Origin: Pseudomonadota bacterium
Lineage (GTDB): Bacteria; Pseudomonadota; Alphaproteobacteria; Micavibrionales; Micavibrionaceae
DNA length: 64,000 nucleotides
Reading direction: 5' to 3'
Assembly (NCBI GenBank): GCA_963204825.1
Contig: CAUJHN010000153.1
Span: forward strand, 8,163-72,162
Part shown: positions 9,083 through 18,335 of the stretch, piece by piece
Layout of the letters: the number at the start of each line of letters is the position of its first letter
How positions within the stretch are numbered: position 1 is the first letter of the stretch
The notes under the pieces: generated by a model
The model's database searches: none
What the model saw: the letters and a program-made list of their open reading frames with translations, nothing else
What the model was told of the DNA's origin: nothing
Made by a program: the position numbers and the translations under genes

Positions 9083-9479
9083 TATTTGGATCCCATTTAT
9101 GCTTTGCGTTAACGAGGTGGCTTTTATGATCATTATCAATGACCATGAACGCATCTGTCTGATCAAACTCAGACTTGTTGCGTATCTCAAAGTTTTCAAA
9201 CAATGTGCCTTTTCCAATTCTGGTGCCCGCATATAACTTTAACGTTCTTGCAAAAGTGTCTTCCGGCGCATCCGAAAAAACTATTACTTCATACCCTTCC
9301 TGTGCCTTGCGCGCCAGAAAACGCATAAGCAAAAGGTTGATCGCTTCACCAGGAATTCTCATTCCTAATGTGCCGACGCAATCACACAGGATACGCGGCT
9401 TTTCGCCCCGCTCTATTCCTTGCGCTTCTTCAGCAAAAATATCTTTTAATGCATCTGACATCGGCATGTTTCTATGCAA
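9012..9479 (-). CDS. Small HAD-like protein, degenerate paralog of 9531..9971
   Basis: Alignable along its length with the neighbour: ILCDCVGTL / IVCDCDGTL; EGYEVIVFSDA / EGFEIVIFSAA; FMVIDNDHKSHLVNAKHKWDPN / FLVIDDDHKSHKVKAKHRWNPN. The start may be Met7 (9461). Confidence 0.7.
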   Translation of the reverse strand: MHRNMPMSDALKDIFAEEAQGIERGEKPRILCDCVGTLGMRIPGEAINLLLMRFLARKAQEGYEVIVFSDAPEDTFARTLKLYAGTRIGKGTLFENFEIRNKSEFDQTDAFMVIDNDHKSHLVNAKHKWDPNNEGVINYMEDYVAANPFVVPSTP

Positions 9480-9530
9480 AATAAAAAATTATGTCAAATA
9501 TTAAAGAGATGGAATAAAACCTTTTTATGG

Positions 9531-9971
9531 TTAAAGCATGCCCGGGGGCATGGGGCGCACAGGGCGTTTCAGCGATTGGTAAATATAGGCGATAACAGCC
9601 GGATCATTGGGGTTCCATCGGTGTTTGGCCTTGACCTTGTGTGATTTATGGTCATCGTCGATAACCAGGAATGCCGCTACCCCATCCATCTCATTCTTGG
9701 GCGTAACGTTCCTCTCCTTATTAAGAAAAACGTCCGGTTTCCCAAAATGCAGGTTGCTTTGATGCGCTATGGCGCTGTCTTTGGTCGCCGCCGAAAAGAT
9801 AACGATTTCAAATCCTTCCCGTTGCCTTTCGAAAAGCCAGAGGAATAACGGTGTGTTAAATTCACCGCGACCGTTCCATAACGTGCCATCGCAATCACAG
9901 ACAATCAGGATATCTTCCGGATTCGTTGCTTTCTGTACGGCACCTTCAAAAATTTTAGCCAACTCAGACAC
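9531..9971 (-). CDS. Small capless HAD-superfamily phosphatase-like protein
   Basis: HAD motif I DCDGTL, motif II-like IFSAAT, acidic motif IV VIDDDH. Confidence 0.7.
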   Translation of the reverse strand: MSELAKIFEGAVQKATNPEDILIVCDCDGTLWNGRGEFNTPLFLWLFERQREGFEIVIFSAATKDSAIAHQSNLHFGKPDVFLNKERNVTPKNEMDGVAAFLVIDDDHKSHKVKAKHRWNPNDPAVIAYIYQSLKRPVRPMPPGML

Positions 9972-10092
9972 GAGAGAACCTTAGCGCTTTTTACATTTAT
10001 GTCAATTTATTCCGCGTGGAAATTAACCCTCTAAGACTGGCAATTCCGTTCTCCCACGCCTAACTTTAAATAACAATTCCAAGGAGAGTCCC

Positions 10093-10887
10093 ATGCAGCA
10101 GTATCATGACCTTATGCGCCGCGTATTAGAAGAAGGCGCCAAGAAAGAAGACCGCACCGGCACCGGCACGATTTCCGTTTTCGGGCATCAAATGCGGTTC
10201 GATCTGTCCGAAGGTTTCCCCATGGTGACGACGAAAAAACTCCATCTGAAATCCATCATACATGAATTGCTGTGGTTCCTCAAAGGCGACACCAACATAA
10301 AATATCTTAATGATAACGGCGTGAAGATCTGGAACGAATGGGCGGATGCGGATGGAAATCTCGGCCCCGTCTACGGCCATCAATGGCGCAGCTGGGGTTG
10401 CGCGGACGGGCGCACGGTGGACCAGATCACGAATGTTATCGAGCGCATAAAAACCAATCCCGATGATCGCCGCTTGATTGTTTCCGCGTGGAACGTCGGC
10501 GAGATTCCGAAGATGGCATTGCCGCCTTGCCATGCGTTTTTCCAGTTCTATGTAGCGAATGGGAAATTGTCTTGCCAGCTGTATCAGCGCTCCGCCGATA
10601 TCTTCCTGGGCGTGCCATTCAACATCGCCTCATACGCGCTGCTCACCATGATGGTCGCCCAGGTATGCGGGCTGAAGCCAGGTGATTTCGTGCACACATT
10701 TGGCGATGCGCATATCTACACAAATCATATGGAACAGGTGCAGGAGCAGTTATCGCGGAAACCCTTCCCGCTTCCTGAAATGCACCTCAACCCGCATGTA
10801 AAAAGCATCTTCGATTTCAAATTCGAGGATTTCGAACTCGTGGGATATGAGGCTCATCCGCACATCAAGGGCGCGGTGGCGGTGTGA
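10093..10887 (+). CDS. thyA: Thymidylate synthase (ThyA)
   Basis: [24 protein letters not shown], the active-site block [11 protein letters not shown], and [16 protein letters not shown]. Length is 264 aa. Confidence 0.97.
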   Translation: MQQYHDLMRRVLEEGAKKEDRTGTGTISVFGHQMRFDLSEGFPMVTTKKLHLKSIIHELLWFLKGDTNIKYLNDNGVKIWNEWADADGNLGPVYGHQWRSWGCADGRTVDQITNVIERIKTNPDDRRLIVSAWNVGEIPKMALPPCHAFFQFYVANGKLSCQLYQRSADIFLGVPFNIASYALLTMMVAQVCGLKPGDFVHTFGDAHIYTNHMEQVQEQLSRKPFPLPEMHLNPHVKSIFDFKFEDFELVGYEAHPHIKGAVAV

Positions 10888-11090
10888 TTTTTAAGGGAAC
10901 TATGTTGCGCCGCACAAGTTAATCGTACAATGCCAAAGGAGGATTGCCATGCGTAACGATGCCCCCGAAGACATGTATTCTAAAACACCCACCATGCATT
11001 ATATCGATACTCTGTTAAATCGCGCCCGGACGATGTGGAGGCGTTGATCTTCCCCTTGTTATTATGGGCGCGATGCCCGATAACAGGATT

Positions 11091-11573
11091 ATGAAACCGA
11101 TTATTTCCCTCGTCGTGGCCGCAGCCGATAACAATGTTATCGGCAAGAACAATGCGATGCCGTGGCATATCCCGGAGGATTTCAAGCATTTTAAGACCGT
11201 GACTATGGGCAAGCCCTGCATCATGGGGCGCAAAACATTTGAGAGCATTCTGGCGAGCCTTGGCCGCCCTTTGCCGGGGCGGGTGAATATCATCGTCAGC
11301 CGGAGGAATTATCAGCATTCCGGGGCGCTCACCTGCAAGGATCTGGAAGAAGCCATCGATCAGGCGCGCAAGATAGACACGGATGAAATATGCATTATCG
11401 GCGGCGCACAGATTTACGGGCAGGCGATTGCCCTCGCGGATAAAATCCATCTAACCCGCGTTCATCAATCCCCCGAAGGCGACGCATTCTTCCCCGCGCT
11501 GGGGACGGAATGGAAGGAAGAATCCAGCGACAATCACGACGGGTTTTCATTTAAGATATATGTGAAAGGATAA
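11091..11573 (+). CDS. folA: Dihydrofolate reductase
   Basis: ISLVVAAADNNVIGKNNAMPWHIPEDFKHFKTVTMGKPCIMGRKTFESI and IGGAQIY. The start is chosen at Met10 of the ORF (MKPIISL). Confidence 0.93.
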   Translation: MKPIISLVVAAADNNVIGKNNAMPWHIPEDFKHFKTVTMGKPCIMGRKTFESILASLGRPLPGRVNIIVSRRNYQHSGALTCKDLEEAIDQARKIDTDEICIIGGAQIYGQAIALADKIHLTRVHQSPEGDAFFPALGTEWKEESSDNHDGFSFKIYVKG

Positions 11574-11578
11574 AGCCC

Positions 11579-11800
11579 ATGTTGAACCACGCCACCGCTC
11601 TTTTCTTCCTGATTACGGCGATATTGGCCATTTATGGCTTTGTCACACTGTGCACGACGCATACTTGGCTGGCGATTTTATCTGCCGTGCTGTGGGTTGC
11701 CCCGATTGTTGCCATCCTTATTATTGGAAGACTGATCAATAAAGAAACACAATCCGCTGCCCCAACTCAGCCCTCCGGGAACGAGAGAGAAAGCGATTAG
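11579..11800 (+). CDS. Small membrane protein (two TM helices), hypothetical
   Basis: 73-aa ORF with an aagga RBS 8 nt upstream and two hydrophobic stretches. Confidence 0.45.
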   Translation: MLNHATALFFLITAILAIYGFVTLCTTHTWLAILSAVLWVAPIVAILIIGRLINKETQSAAPTQPSGNERESD

Positions 11801-11890
11801 AACGCGGCGTTGTGGATAAAATTATGCACATGGCGCATGGTGTAGCGGTATTGTTTTGCCAAAATTGAGAACAGGCCCTGGCGTATCGAA

Positions 11891-12928
11891 TTATTTTACG
11901 GTGTCGATAAGCCTGTGGACAATTTTTGAATAAGCATCATTTGTCGCCTTTAATCCGGCATCGGATTCTTCGCGGATTTTTCCAGTCAGCGGCACCTCGC
12001 CCAAAAACGGGACACCGCGTTTCGATGCCTCTTCGCCCGCACCGCCATGCCCGAAAATATGGTCTTCATGACCGCAGTTCGGGCAAATATACATCGACAT
12101 ATTTTCAATCAATCCCAATATCTTCACATTAGTCTTTTCAAACATCGCTATAGCTTTCCTCGCATCGATCAGCGCGAGGTCCTGCGGCGTGCTCACAATC
12201 ACTGCGCCGGTGACTGGCACTTTCTGCGCGAGCGTGAGTTGCACATCTCCAGTACCAGGCGGCATGTCGATGATGAGAAAATCGGGAACGCCTGTATCGA
12301 AACTCCAGTCGACGTCGCGCAGCATCTGATAAAACGCGCTTTGCACCATCGGCCCGCGCCAGATCATGGGTTTTTCTTCTTCGACCAGAAACCCCATGGA
12401 CATAATCTTCATGCCATGCGCTTCGAGGGGGATGATCTTGCGGTCCGCATTCGTCACCGCCTTCCGGTCTTTCAAACCGGAGAGACGGTGAACGGACGGC
12501 CCGTAAATATCCGCATCCAAAAGTCCAACGCGGTACCCCTTCGCCGCCAGCTCCGCCGCTATGTTAAAAGCGACCGTCGATTTGCCGACTCCGCCCTTCC
12601 CGCTTCCGACCGCGATTACATGTTTAAATGGCAATTCCAGCTTCGGGTTTTTGTTCATGCCGTGAGGATCCGGCGCGGCCGCACGCTGCGCCGTCAAGGC
12701 CACCATCACATCTTTGACGCCAGGAACGCCGCGCACGGCTTTTTCCGCCGCTTGTCGTAATTCTTCCATTGCGCCGCCCATGGCGGGATCGACCTCCAGC
12801 GCGAAGAACACGCTTTTATCGGCCGCCACGTTCAAGCCTTCGACCATCCCAGATGACACAATATCGCCGCCGTCCGTCTTTACGGATTGCAGCGCGGTCA
12901 TGATTTTCGCTTTCAGGTCGTCAGTCAT
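11891..12928 (-). CDS. apbC: Mrp/NBP35-family Fe-S cluster carrier ATPase (ApbC)
   Basis: N-terminal MIP18-like domain, deviant Walker A GSGKGGVGKST, and the CPNCGHE CxxC motif. Confidence 0.92.
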   Translation of the reverse strand: MTDDLKAKIMTALQSVKTDGGDIVSSGMVEGLNVAADKSVFFALEVDPAMGGAMEELRQAAEKAVRGVPGVKDVMVALTAQRAAAPDPHGMNKNPKLELPFKHVIAVGSGKGGVGKSTVAFNIAAELAAKGYRVGLLDADIYGPSVHRLSGLKDRKAVTNADRKIIPLEAHGMKIMSMGFLVEEEKPMIWRGPMVQSAFYQMLRDVDWSFDTGVPDFLIIDMPPGTGDVQLTLAQKVPVTGAVIVSTPQDLALIDARKAIAMFEKTNVKILGLIENMSMYICPNCGHEDHIFGHGGAGEEASKRGVPFLGEVPLTGKIREESDAGLKATNDAYSKIVHRLIDTVK

Positions 12929-13023
12929 CGTTTTGGGTTGTCCCCGTGTACAAAAAACCGCTATTGTTATCCGGTATTACACAAAGACACGCAACCAAAA
13001 AACCATAATGCAGGAAAGCACCG

Positions 13024-14214
13024 ATGCCCCGCGATGATGACAATGAAAATAAAAGCCGCAACCCATGGGGCAACACCCCGGGTGGCAGCAATGGCGGGCG
13101 CAAAAATCCCTGGGAAACGGGCAATAATGGCGGCGGCAGGCGCGGCGGGAACGAGCCGCCCGATATAGACGATTTTCTTTTCCGCATGCAAAACGGGATG
13201 AAAGATTTTCTTCCCGGTCATTTCGGCGGCGGGAAAATGATTCTGGCAGGTGTCGCCGCGCTCGGCCTTCTCTGGCTGTCCAGCGGGTTTTACATCGTCA
13301 ATCCAGGAGAGCATGCCGTCATCCAGCGTTTCGGCGCCTGGAACCGCACGATCGACACGGAAGGCCTGAAATATCATTTCCCTGCACCCATAGAAGCGAT
13401 GAACAAGTTCAACGTCAATGAAATCCGCACGATGAATGTGGGCTTCACCGGCCCCGCGACGAACATCCGTTACAACAGCCAGGCGAATGTGATGCCGGGC
13501 CGGGATGTGCCGGAAGAAAGCCTGATGCTGACATCCGATTTCAACATCGTTGACCTAGATTTCGTCGTGCAGTGGAACATTTCATCCGCAGAAAATTACC
13601 TGTTTAATATCGATGATCCGGAAAACACTCTGCGCAAAGTCGCACAATCCGCGATCCGCGAAGTGGTAGGACAAACCCGCATGTTCCAGATCATCACGAC
13701 GGAACGCGGCGCTGTCGCCGAAAAATCCAAGGTCATCATGCAGCTGATTCTGGATGACTATAAATCCGGCATCAACATCACGCAGGTCCTGATCAATTCC
13801 GCCAAAGTGCATCCAGATGTACAAAACGCGTTCCAGGACGTGCAGGCGGCAAAACAGGACGCCGAAGACGTGCAGAACCGCGCGCAGGCTTACCGCGAAG
13901 ATATCATCCCAAAAGCAAAAGGCGCCGCGACACGCGTAACGCAGGAAGCCGAAGCCTATAAGGAATCCGCGATCGCTCGCGCAACCGGGGATGCCGACCG
14001 TTTTAATTCTGTACTTACTGCATATCAAAGTGGTCAGGATGTCACAAAAGAACGCATCTATATTGAAACCATGGAAAGCGTTTTAAAGAACGCCCAGAAA
14101 ATCATTCTGGACGACAACGGCAAGCAGGGTGTCGTGCCCTATCTGCCGCTTACCGAATTAAATCGCGTGGCCCCGGCGGCGGGCGCTGCGAATTCCAGCA
14201 AGGGAGTCCAGTAA
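13024..14214 (+). CDS. hflK: FtsH protease modulator HflK
   Basis: Gly/Asn-rich N-tail, one TM segment, and an SPFH/band-7 domain (VNPGEHAVIQRFG..). HflC follows immediately. Confidence 0.92.
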   Translation: MPRDDDNENKSRNPWGNTPGGSNGGRKNPWETGNNGGGRRGGNEPPDIDDFLFRMQNGMKDFLPGHFGGGKMILAGVAALGLLWLSSGFYIVNPGEHAVIQRFGAWNRTIDTEGLKYHFPAPIEAMNKFNVNEIRTMNVGFTGPATNIRYNSQANVMPGRDVPEESLMLTSDFNIVDLDFVVQWNISSAENYLFNIDDPENTLRKVAQSAIREVVGQTRMFQIITTERGAVAEKSKVIMQLILDDYKSGINITQVLINSAKVHPDVQNAFQDVQAAKQDAEDVQNRAQAYREDIIPKAKGAATRVTQEAEAYKESAIARATGDADRFNSVLTAYQSGQDVTKERIYIETMESVLKNAQKIILDDNGKQGVVPYLPLTELNRVAPAAGAANSSKGVQ

Positions 14215-14215
14215 C

Positions 14216-15208
14216 ATGAACGGCAAGATCACTTTCCTCCTTCTTATCGCGGGTATTTCGCTGATCGCGTTATCGCAGACCATGTTTATAGTCGACCAGA
14301 CGCAGCAGGCGATCGTGTTGCAGCTCGGCCAGCCTGTCGGCAAGGCGCGTGAACCCGGCCTGCATTTCAAACTGCCGCTGGTGCAGGAAGTGCGGTATTT
14401 CGACCGCCGTATTTTATCCGTCGATCCCGCGCCCGAAGAAATGGTTATTGCGAGCACGACGATCACACGCCCCGAAGCCAAGGGTGATGCGGAGATTATA
14501 AGCCCGGCCCCCAAAGAAAGCCCGATGGAAAGCGGCAATAAGAATGAAATCGTCGTGCCCGCCATCAACAATGTGAGCGGGGAGCCGATCATCGTCGATT
14601 CCTTCGCAAGGTACCGTATTTCCGATCCGCTGCAATTCATGAAAACGCTGCGTTCCGTCGACAACGCGAACAAACGGATTGAAAGCATCATCGACGAAGC
14701 CACCAGAACCGTGCTCGGCAGCACGACATTGAAAGAACTTCTCTCCAAGGACCGCACACGCGTGATGGCCGAAATCCGCACGCGTCTGAACCGCAAGATT
14801 CAGGAAGACAAGATGGGCGTCGAAGTCGTCGATGTCCGCATCGTCCGCGCTGACCTGGGCGAATCTTTGCGTGATTCCACGGTGCGCCGGATGATTTCCG
14901 ACCTTACCGAACGTGCGACAGAAACGCGGTCCAAGGGCGAACAGCTCGCGCTTGAAATCCGCGCCGGTGCCGAAAAAGAACGCACCGTCATTCTGGCCAA
15001 CGCGGAACGCGATGCGCAGATCATCCGCGGGGAAGGCGACAAGCAGGCGATCCAGACTTACGCCAATGCGTTCAACAAGGATAAGGAATTCTACGCCTTC
15101 ATGCGGTCAATGGAAGCTTACAAAAACACGCTGTCAGACCCGGACACGCGGTTGATATTGTCGCCAGACAGCGACTTCTTCCGCTATTTCGACAAGCGTG
15201 GGAATTGA
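14216..15208 (+). CDS. hflC: FtsH protease modulator HflC
   Basis: N-terminal TM segment and an SPFH domain (FIVDQTQQAIVLQLGQP). It starts 2 nt after hflK. Confidence 0.9.
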   Translation: MNGKITFLLLIAGISLIALSQTMFIVDQTQQAIVLQLGQPVGKAREPGLHFKLPLVQEVRYFDRRILSVDPAPEEMVIASTTITRPEAKGDAEIISPAPKESPMESGNKNEIVVPAINNVSGEPIIVDSFARYRISDPLQFMKTLRSVDNANKRIESIIDEATRTVLGSTTLKELLSKDRTRVMAEIRTRLNRKIQEDKMGVEVVDVRIVRADLGESLRDSTVRRMISDLTERATETRSKGEQLALEIRAGAEKERTVILANAERDAQIIRGEGDKQAIQTYANAFNKDKEFYAFMRSMEAYKNTLSDPDTRLILSPDSDFFRYFDKRGN

Positions 15209-15404
15209 TCCTCACCACCCCCAGAGGGAGGCTAATCGCCACAACAATTCTCATATCCCGCCCTTTTTCGGCCAAAATCGGATACCATCTATTATGGAAG
15301 GCGAGGCCGTGTGGCGCGATATTTGCATTCCCACGCCCGTTGACCGCACCCACGGCACAGCCTACAGTATTTCAACCTTTCATCTATAGTCATAAGGCAT
15401 AATT

Positions 15405-16973
15405 ATGCGCAAAGATCTTCAAGTCGTTCTCGTAATCGCTCTCCTCGCCGCCGCCGGTGTCCCGGCCATGTGCCATGCGGCCAATGAAGGGAAAAAAGAT
15501 GCAGCAAAAACCGAAGAAGCCGTTATAGCGAAGCCAGAAGGCAAAACCTCCCCCATTCCTCCCGGTGCCCCGGCAACCTTTGCCGACATTGCGCACGATC
15601 TTCTGCCTGCCGTGGTCAACGTATCCTCCACCCAGAAGGCGGCAACAAACAATAAGGAAGAGCAAGGCCAGATGCCAGAAATGCCGGAACTCCCTCCCGG
15701 TTCCCCCTTCCAGGATTTCTTTGAAGAATTCATGAATCGTCAGGGTGAAGGACAAAATGCCCCCAGCCTCCCTGCCGCTTCGCTCGGTTCCGGTTTCGTT
15801 ATCGATGCGGACAAAGGATATATCGTTACGAACAACCACGTTATCGCCGACGCCGACGAAGTGCGCGTGACATTCGGTGATGACACAACGGTGGATGCCA
15901 AAATCATCGGTAAAGACGAAAAAATGGATCTGGCGGTGTTGCAGGTCAAAACGGATAAGAAACTCAGCGCTGTGCCGTTCGGCGATTCCGACAAAATGCG
16001 TGTCGGTGACTGGGTGCTTGCTATCGGTAACCCGTTCGGGCTCGGCGGCACGGTCACGGCCGGTATCATCTCCGCGCAGCAACGGAATATTCAGGCCGGG
16101 CCTTATGACGACTTTATCCAGACGGATGCCTCCATCAACCGCGGAAATTCCGGCGGCCCCATGTTTGATCTGTCCGGCGAAGTCATCGGCATCAATACGG
16201 CGATCTTTTCGCCAAGCGGCGGTTCCGTCGGCATCGGCTTTGCGATCCCATCGAACCTTGCCAAGCCGGTTGTTAACCAGCTGATCGAATTCGGCAAGAC
16301 GCGCCGGGGATGGATCGGCGTACGCATTCAGGTGGTAACCGAAGAGATTGCGGAAAGCCTTGGCCTGGATACGACGCACGGCGCGATGGTAGCATCCGTC
16401 ACACCGGGCGGCCCTGCGGAAAAAGCCAAACTGAAAACGGGCGATATTATCACGGAATTTGATGGCAAGACCGTCAACGCGATGAGAAACCTGCCCCGCA
16501 TCGTCGCCGAAACGCCGATCGACAAAACGGTTGAGCTGAAATTCTGGCGGAACGGCAAACAGGAAACGGCGAAGATCAAGGTCGGCGAACTGGAGAAAGC
16601 CGAAGAAGAGGGCCTTCTCGACGAAACCGCAACAGCGGAGACCCCCAAAGCGCCTTCTGCCGGCACGGTGATAGAACAGTTCGGCATGACGGTTGGTTCA
16701 ATCTCCGAGACCACACGCAAGGAATTTAACATTCCGGCAGATGTGAACGGCGTTGTGGTGACGAAGGTGACAGCAACAGGCGAAGCCGCACAAAAAGGTT
16801 TAACGCCGGGCGATGTCATCGTCGAAATCGGCCAGCAGCCGGTGGACAGCCCGAAAGCGGTTGAAGACGCCGTGGAGACAGCCGAAAAAGGCGGTAAATC
16901 CTCCGTCCTCTTCCTGCTCAATCATGAAGGCGACGTAAGGTTCGTGGCCTTAAAGATTAAGAAGAAAGACTAG
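15405..16973 (+). CDS. degP: Periplasmic serine endoprotease DegP/DegQ/HtrA family (trypsin domain plus two PDZ domains)
   Basis: Signal peptide, catalytic blocks TNNHVI, DLAVLQV and GNSGGPMF, and two PDZ-like regions. Confidence 0.93.
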   Translation: MRKDLQVVLVIALLAAAGVPAMCHAANEGKKDAAKTEEAVIAKPEGKTSPIPPGAPATFADIAHDLLPAVVNVSSTQKAATNNKEEQGQMPEMPELPPGSPFQDFFEEFMNRQGEGQNAPSLPAASLGSGFVIDADKGYIVTNNHVIADADEVRVTFGDDTTVDAKIIGKDEKMDLAVLQVKTDKKLSAVPFGDSDKMRVGDWVLAIGNPFGLGGTVTAGIISAQQRNIQAGPYDDFIQTDASINRGNSGGPMFDLSGEVIGINTAIFSPSGGSVGIGFAIPSNLAKPVVNQLIEFGKTRRGWIGVRIQVVTEEIAESLGLDTTHGAMVASVTPGGPAEKAKLKTGDIITEFDGKTVNAMRNLPRIVAETPIDKTVELKFWRNGKQETAKIKVGELEKAEEEGLLDETATAETPKAPSAGTVIEQFGMTVGSISETTRKEFNIPADVNGVVVTKVTATGEAAQKGLTPGDVIVEIGQQPVDSPKAVEDAVETAEKGGKSSVLFLLNHEGDVRFVALKIKKKD

Positions 16974-16986
16974 AAAACATTTAAAA

Positions 16987-17009
16987 TCCCGGCGAAAGCC
17001 GGGATTTTT
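16987..17009 (+). terminator. Rho-independent terminator after degP
   Basis: tcccggc-gaaa-gccggga followed by ttttt. Confidence 0.8.
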
Positions 17010-17062
17010 GTATCTCGCAAAGTTTTCTCGCCTTGCAAGGAAATGACGTGTAAATAGCGGCC

Positions 17063-17965
17063 ATGACAAAAGCCATTCATATCATCGCAGGACCGACGGC
17101 CAGCGGTAAATCCGCTTTGGCGATTGAACGGGCAAAGGCATTGAATGGCGCGGTGATTAATTGCGATTCACGGCAGATTTATAATGATCTTCCCATTTTG
17201 ACGGCGCAGCCATCGGAAGAAGACAAGCGTGTTGTGCCACACTATCTATACGGCACACTGCATCCCAACGAGGTTTGTTCCGCAGGATCATGGCGGGCAA
17301 TGGTTGTACCGCTCATAGAAAAACTTCTGAACGAAAACACAGTGCCGATTATAACGGGCGGCAACGGGCTATATATCAAAACATTGATGGAAGGCATCTC
17401 TCCTATTCCCGATGTGCCCGATGAAATCCGCAAAGCGGCAAATGCAAAACAAAAGGAACTCGGTAATCCCGCATTCTATGAAGAACTGAATAAACGCGAT
17501 CCGGAAACGGCGGCGCAGTATCACCCAAACCACACCGCGCGGATCGTTCATGCGTGGGAGATTTTAGAGGCAACGGGAAAACCCCTCGCCCATTGGCAGA
17601 AACAACCAAAATCCGCACCGCCCTCTGATTGGCAATTCGATATCACGCTCGTTATGCCGGAACGGGAAAAGTTATACGCCCGCTGCAATGCGCGGTTTGA
17701 ACAAATGCTGGAAATGGGTGCGGTGGAAGAACTGAAAGCCTTCGACGCGAAACTTGAAAAAGGCGAAATCAAAAACGATGCCATTCTCGTGAAAACGGTT
17801 GGCACGGATGCACTGCGTCGCTGGCAAAAAGGGGAAATTTCAAGAGAAGAAGCCATCACTCTCGCAACAACCGAAACCCGCCAATACGCCAAACGCCAGA
17901 CAACCTGGTTCAACAACCAGATCGCTCCACAAAAAAATATTGCCAAAATCGAAATCCTGTCGTAA
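17063..17965 (+). CDS. miaA: tRNA dimethylallyltransferase MiaA
   Basis: P-loop IAGPTASGKSALA, DSRQIY, and VPHYLYG. Length is 300 aa. Confidence 0.93.
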   Translation: MTKAIHIIAGPTASGKSALAIERAKALNGAVINCDSRQIYNDLPILTAQPSEEDKRVVPHYLYGTLHPNEVCSAGSWRAMVVPLIEKLLNENTVPIITGGNGLYIKTLMEGISPIPDVPDEIRKAANAKQKELGNPAFYEELNKRDPETAAQYHPNHTARIVHAWEILEATGKPLAHWQKQPKSAPPSDWQFDITLVMPEREKLYARCNARFEQMLEMGAVEELKAFDAKLEKGEIKNDAILVKTVGTDALRRWQKGEISREEAITLATTETRQYAKRQTTWFNNQIAPQKNIAKIEILS

Positions 17966-18067
17966 CTTGCTGCCATGCAAAAGAACCTTCTTATCGTCAA
18001 CGTGCTCGTGGTGCTCCTTACGGAGGCGCTGCCGCTCTGACGCGACGATAAGTCAAGGCATAGCCAG

Positions 18068-18099
18068 CGCTCCCGAAGAATACTTCTGGAGCGTTTTTT
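18068..18099 (+). terminator. Rho-independent terminator after miaA
   Basis: cgctcc-c-gaag-aata-cttc-t-ggagcg followed by tttttt. Confidence 0.75.
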
Positions 18100-18127
18100 A
18101 ATGCCTGAATTCGGTACCTATGCAGAA

Positions 18128-18232
18128 ATGGAATGGATGATATGCAATACTTTTTCGTTAATTATAATTTTGTTGCGTTTTTTGAAAGAAAGTTACGTTT
18201 CTTTTGCATGCGCACAGGAATTATGTCCATAA
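18128..18232 (+). CDS. Candidate ilv leader peptide (34 aa, MEWMICNTFSLIIILLRFLKESYVSFACAQELCP)
   Basis: Short ORF between the miaA terminator and a second strong terminator that sits just upstream of ilvB. It contains a central run of Leu-Ile-Ile-Ile-Leu-Leu codons. Confidence 0.35.
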   Translation: MEWMICNTFSLIIILLRFLKESYVSFACAQELCP

Positions 18233-18275
18233 TGAAGAAGAATTACAGCGTACCTCCATTGTGCAGAAATCCAGA

Positions 18276-18310
18276 GCCGCGTTCGGCAACCCGAACCGGC
18301 TTTGTTTTTT
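18276..18310 (+). promoter_or_regulatory. Putative transcription attenuator (terminator hairpin) in the ilvB leader
   Basis: gccg(c)gttcgg-caac-ccgaaccggc followed by tttgtttttt. It ends 26 nt before the ilvB ATG. Confidence 0.6.
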
Positions 18311-18335
18311 AGTCATTTACGAAGGGAAAGAAATA

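Noticed and set aside
15390-16379. 329-aa minus-strand ORF
   Set aside because: Antisense to the degP-like gene. It has no motifs and is a shadow frame of a GC-biased coding region.
18204-18335. 44-codon N-terminal extension of ilvB given by the longest-ORF call; likewise 21601..21660 for ilvC and 2629..2739 for the LamG/SGNH gene
   Set aside because: The extensions run through terminator hairpins or precede the canonical conserved N-termini (MRVYYD for KARI). Internal ATGs with an RBS are better starts.
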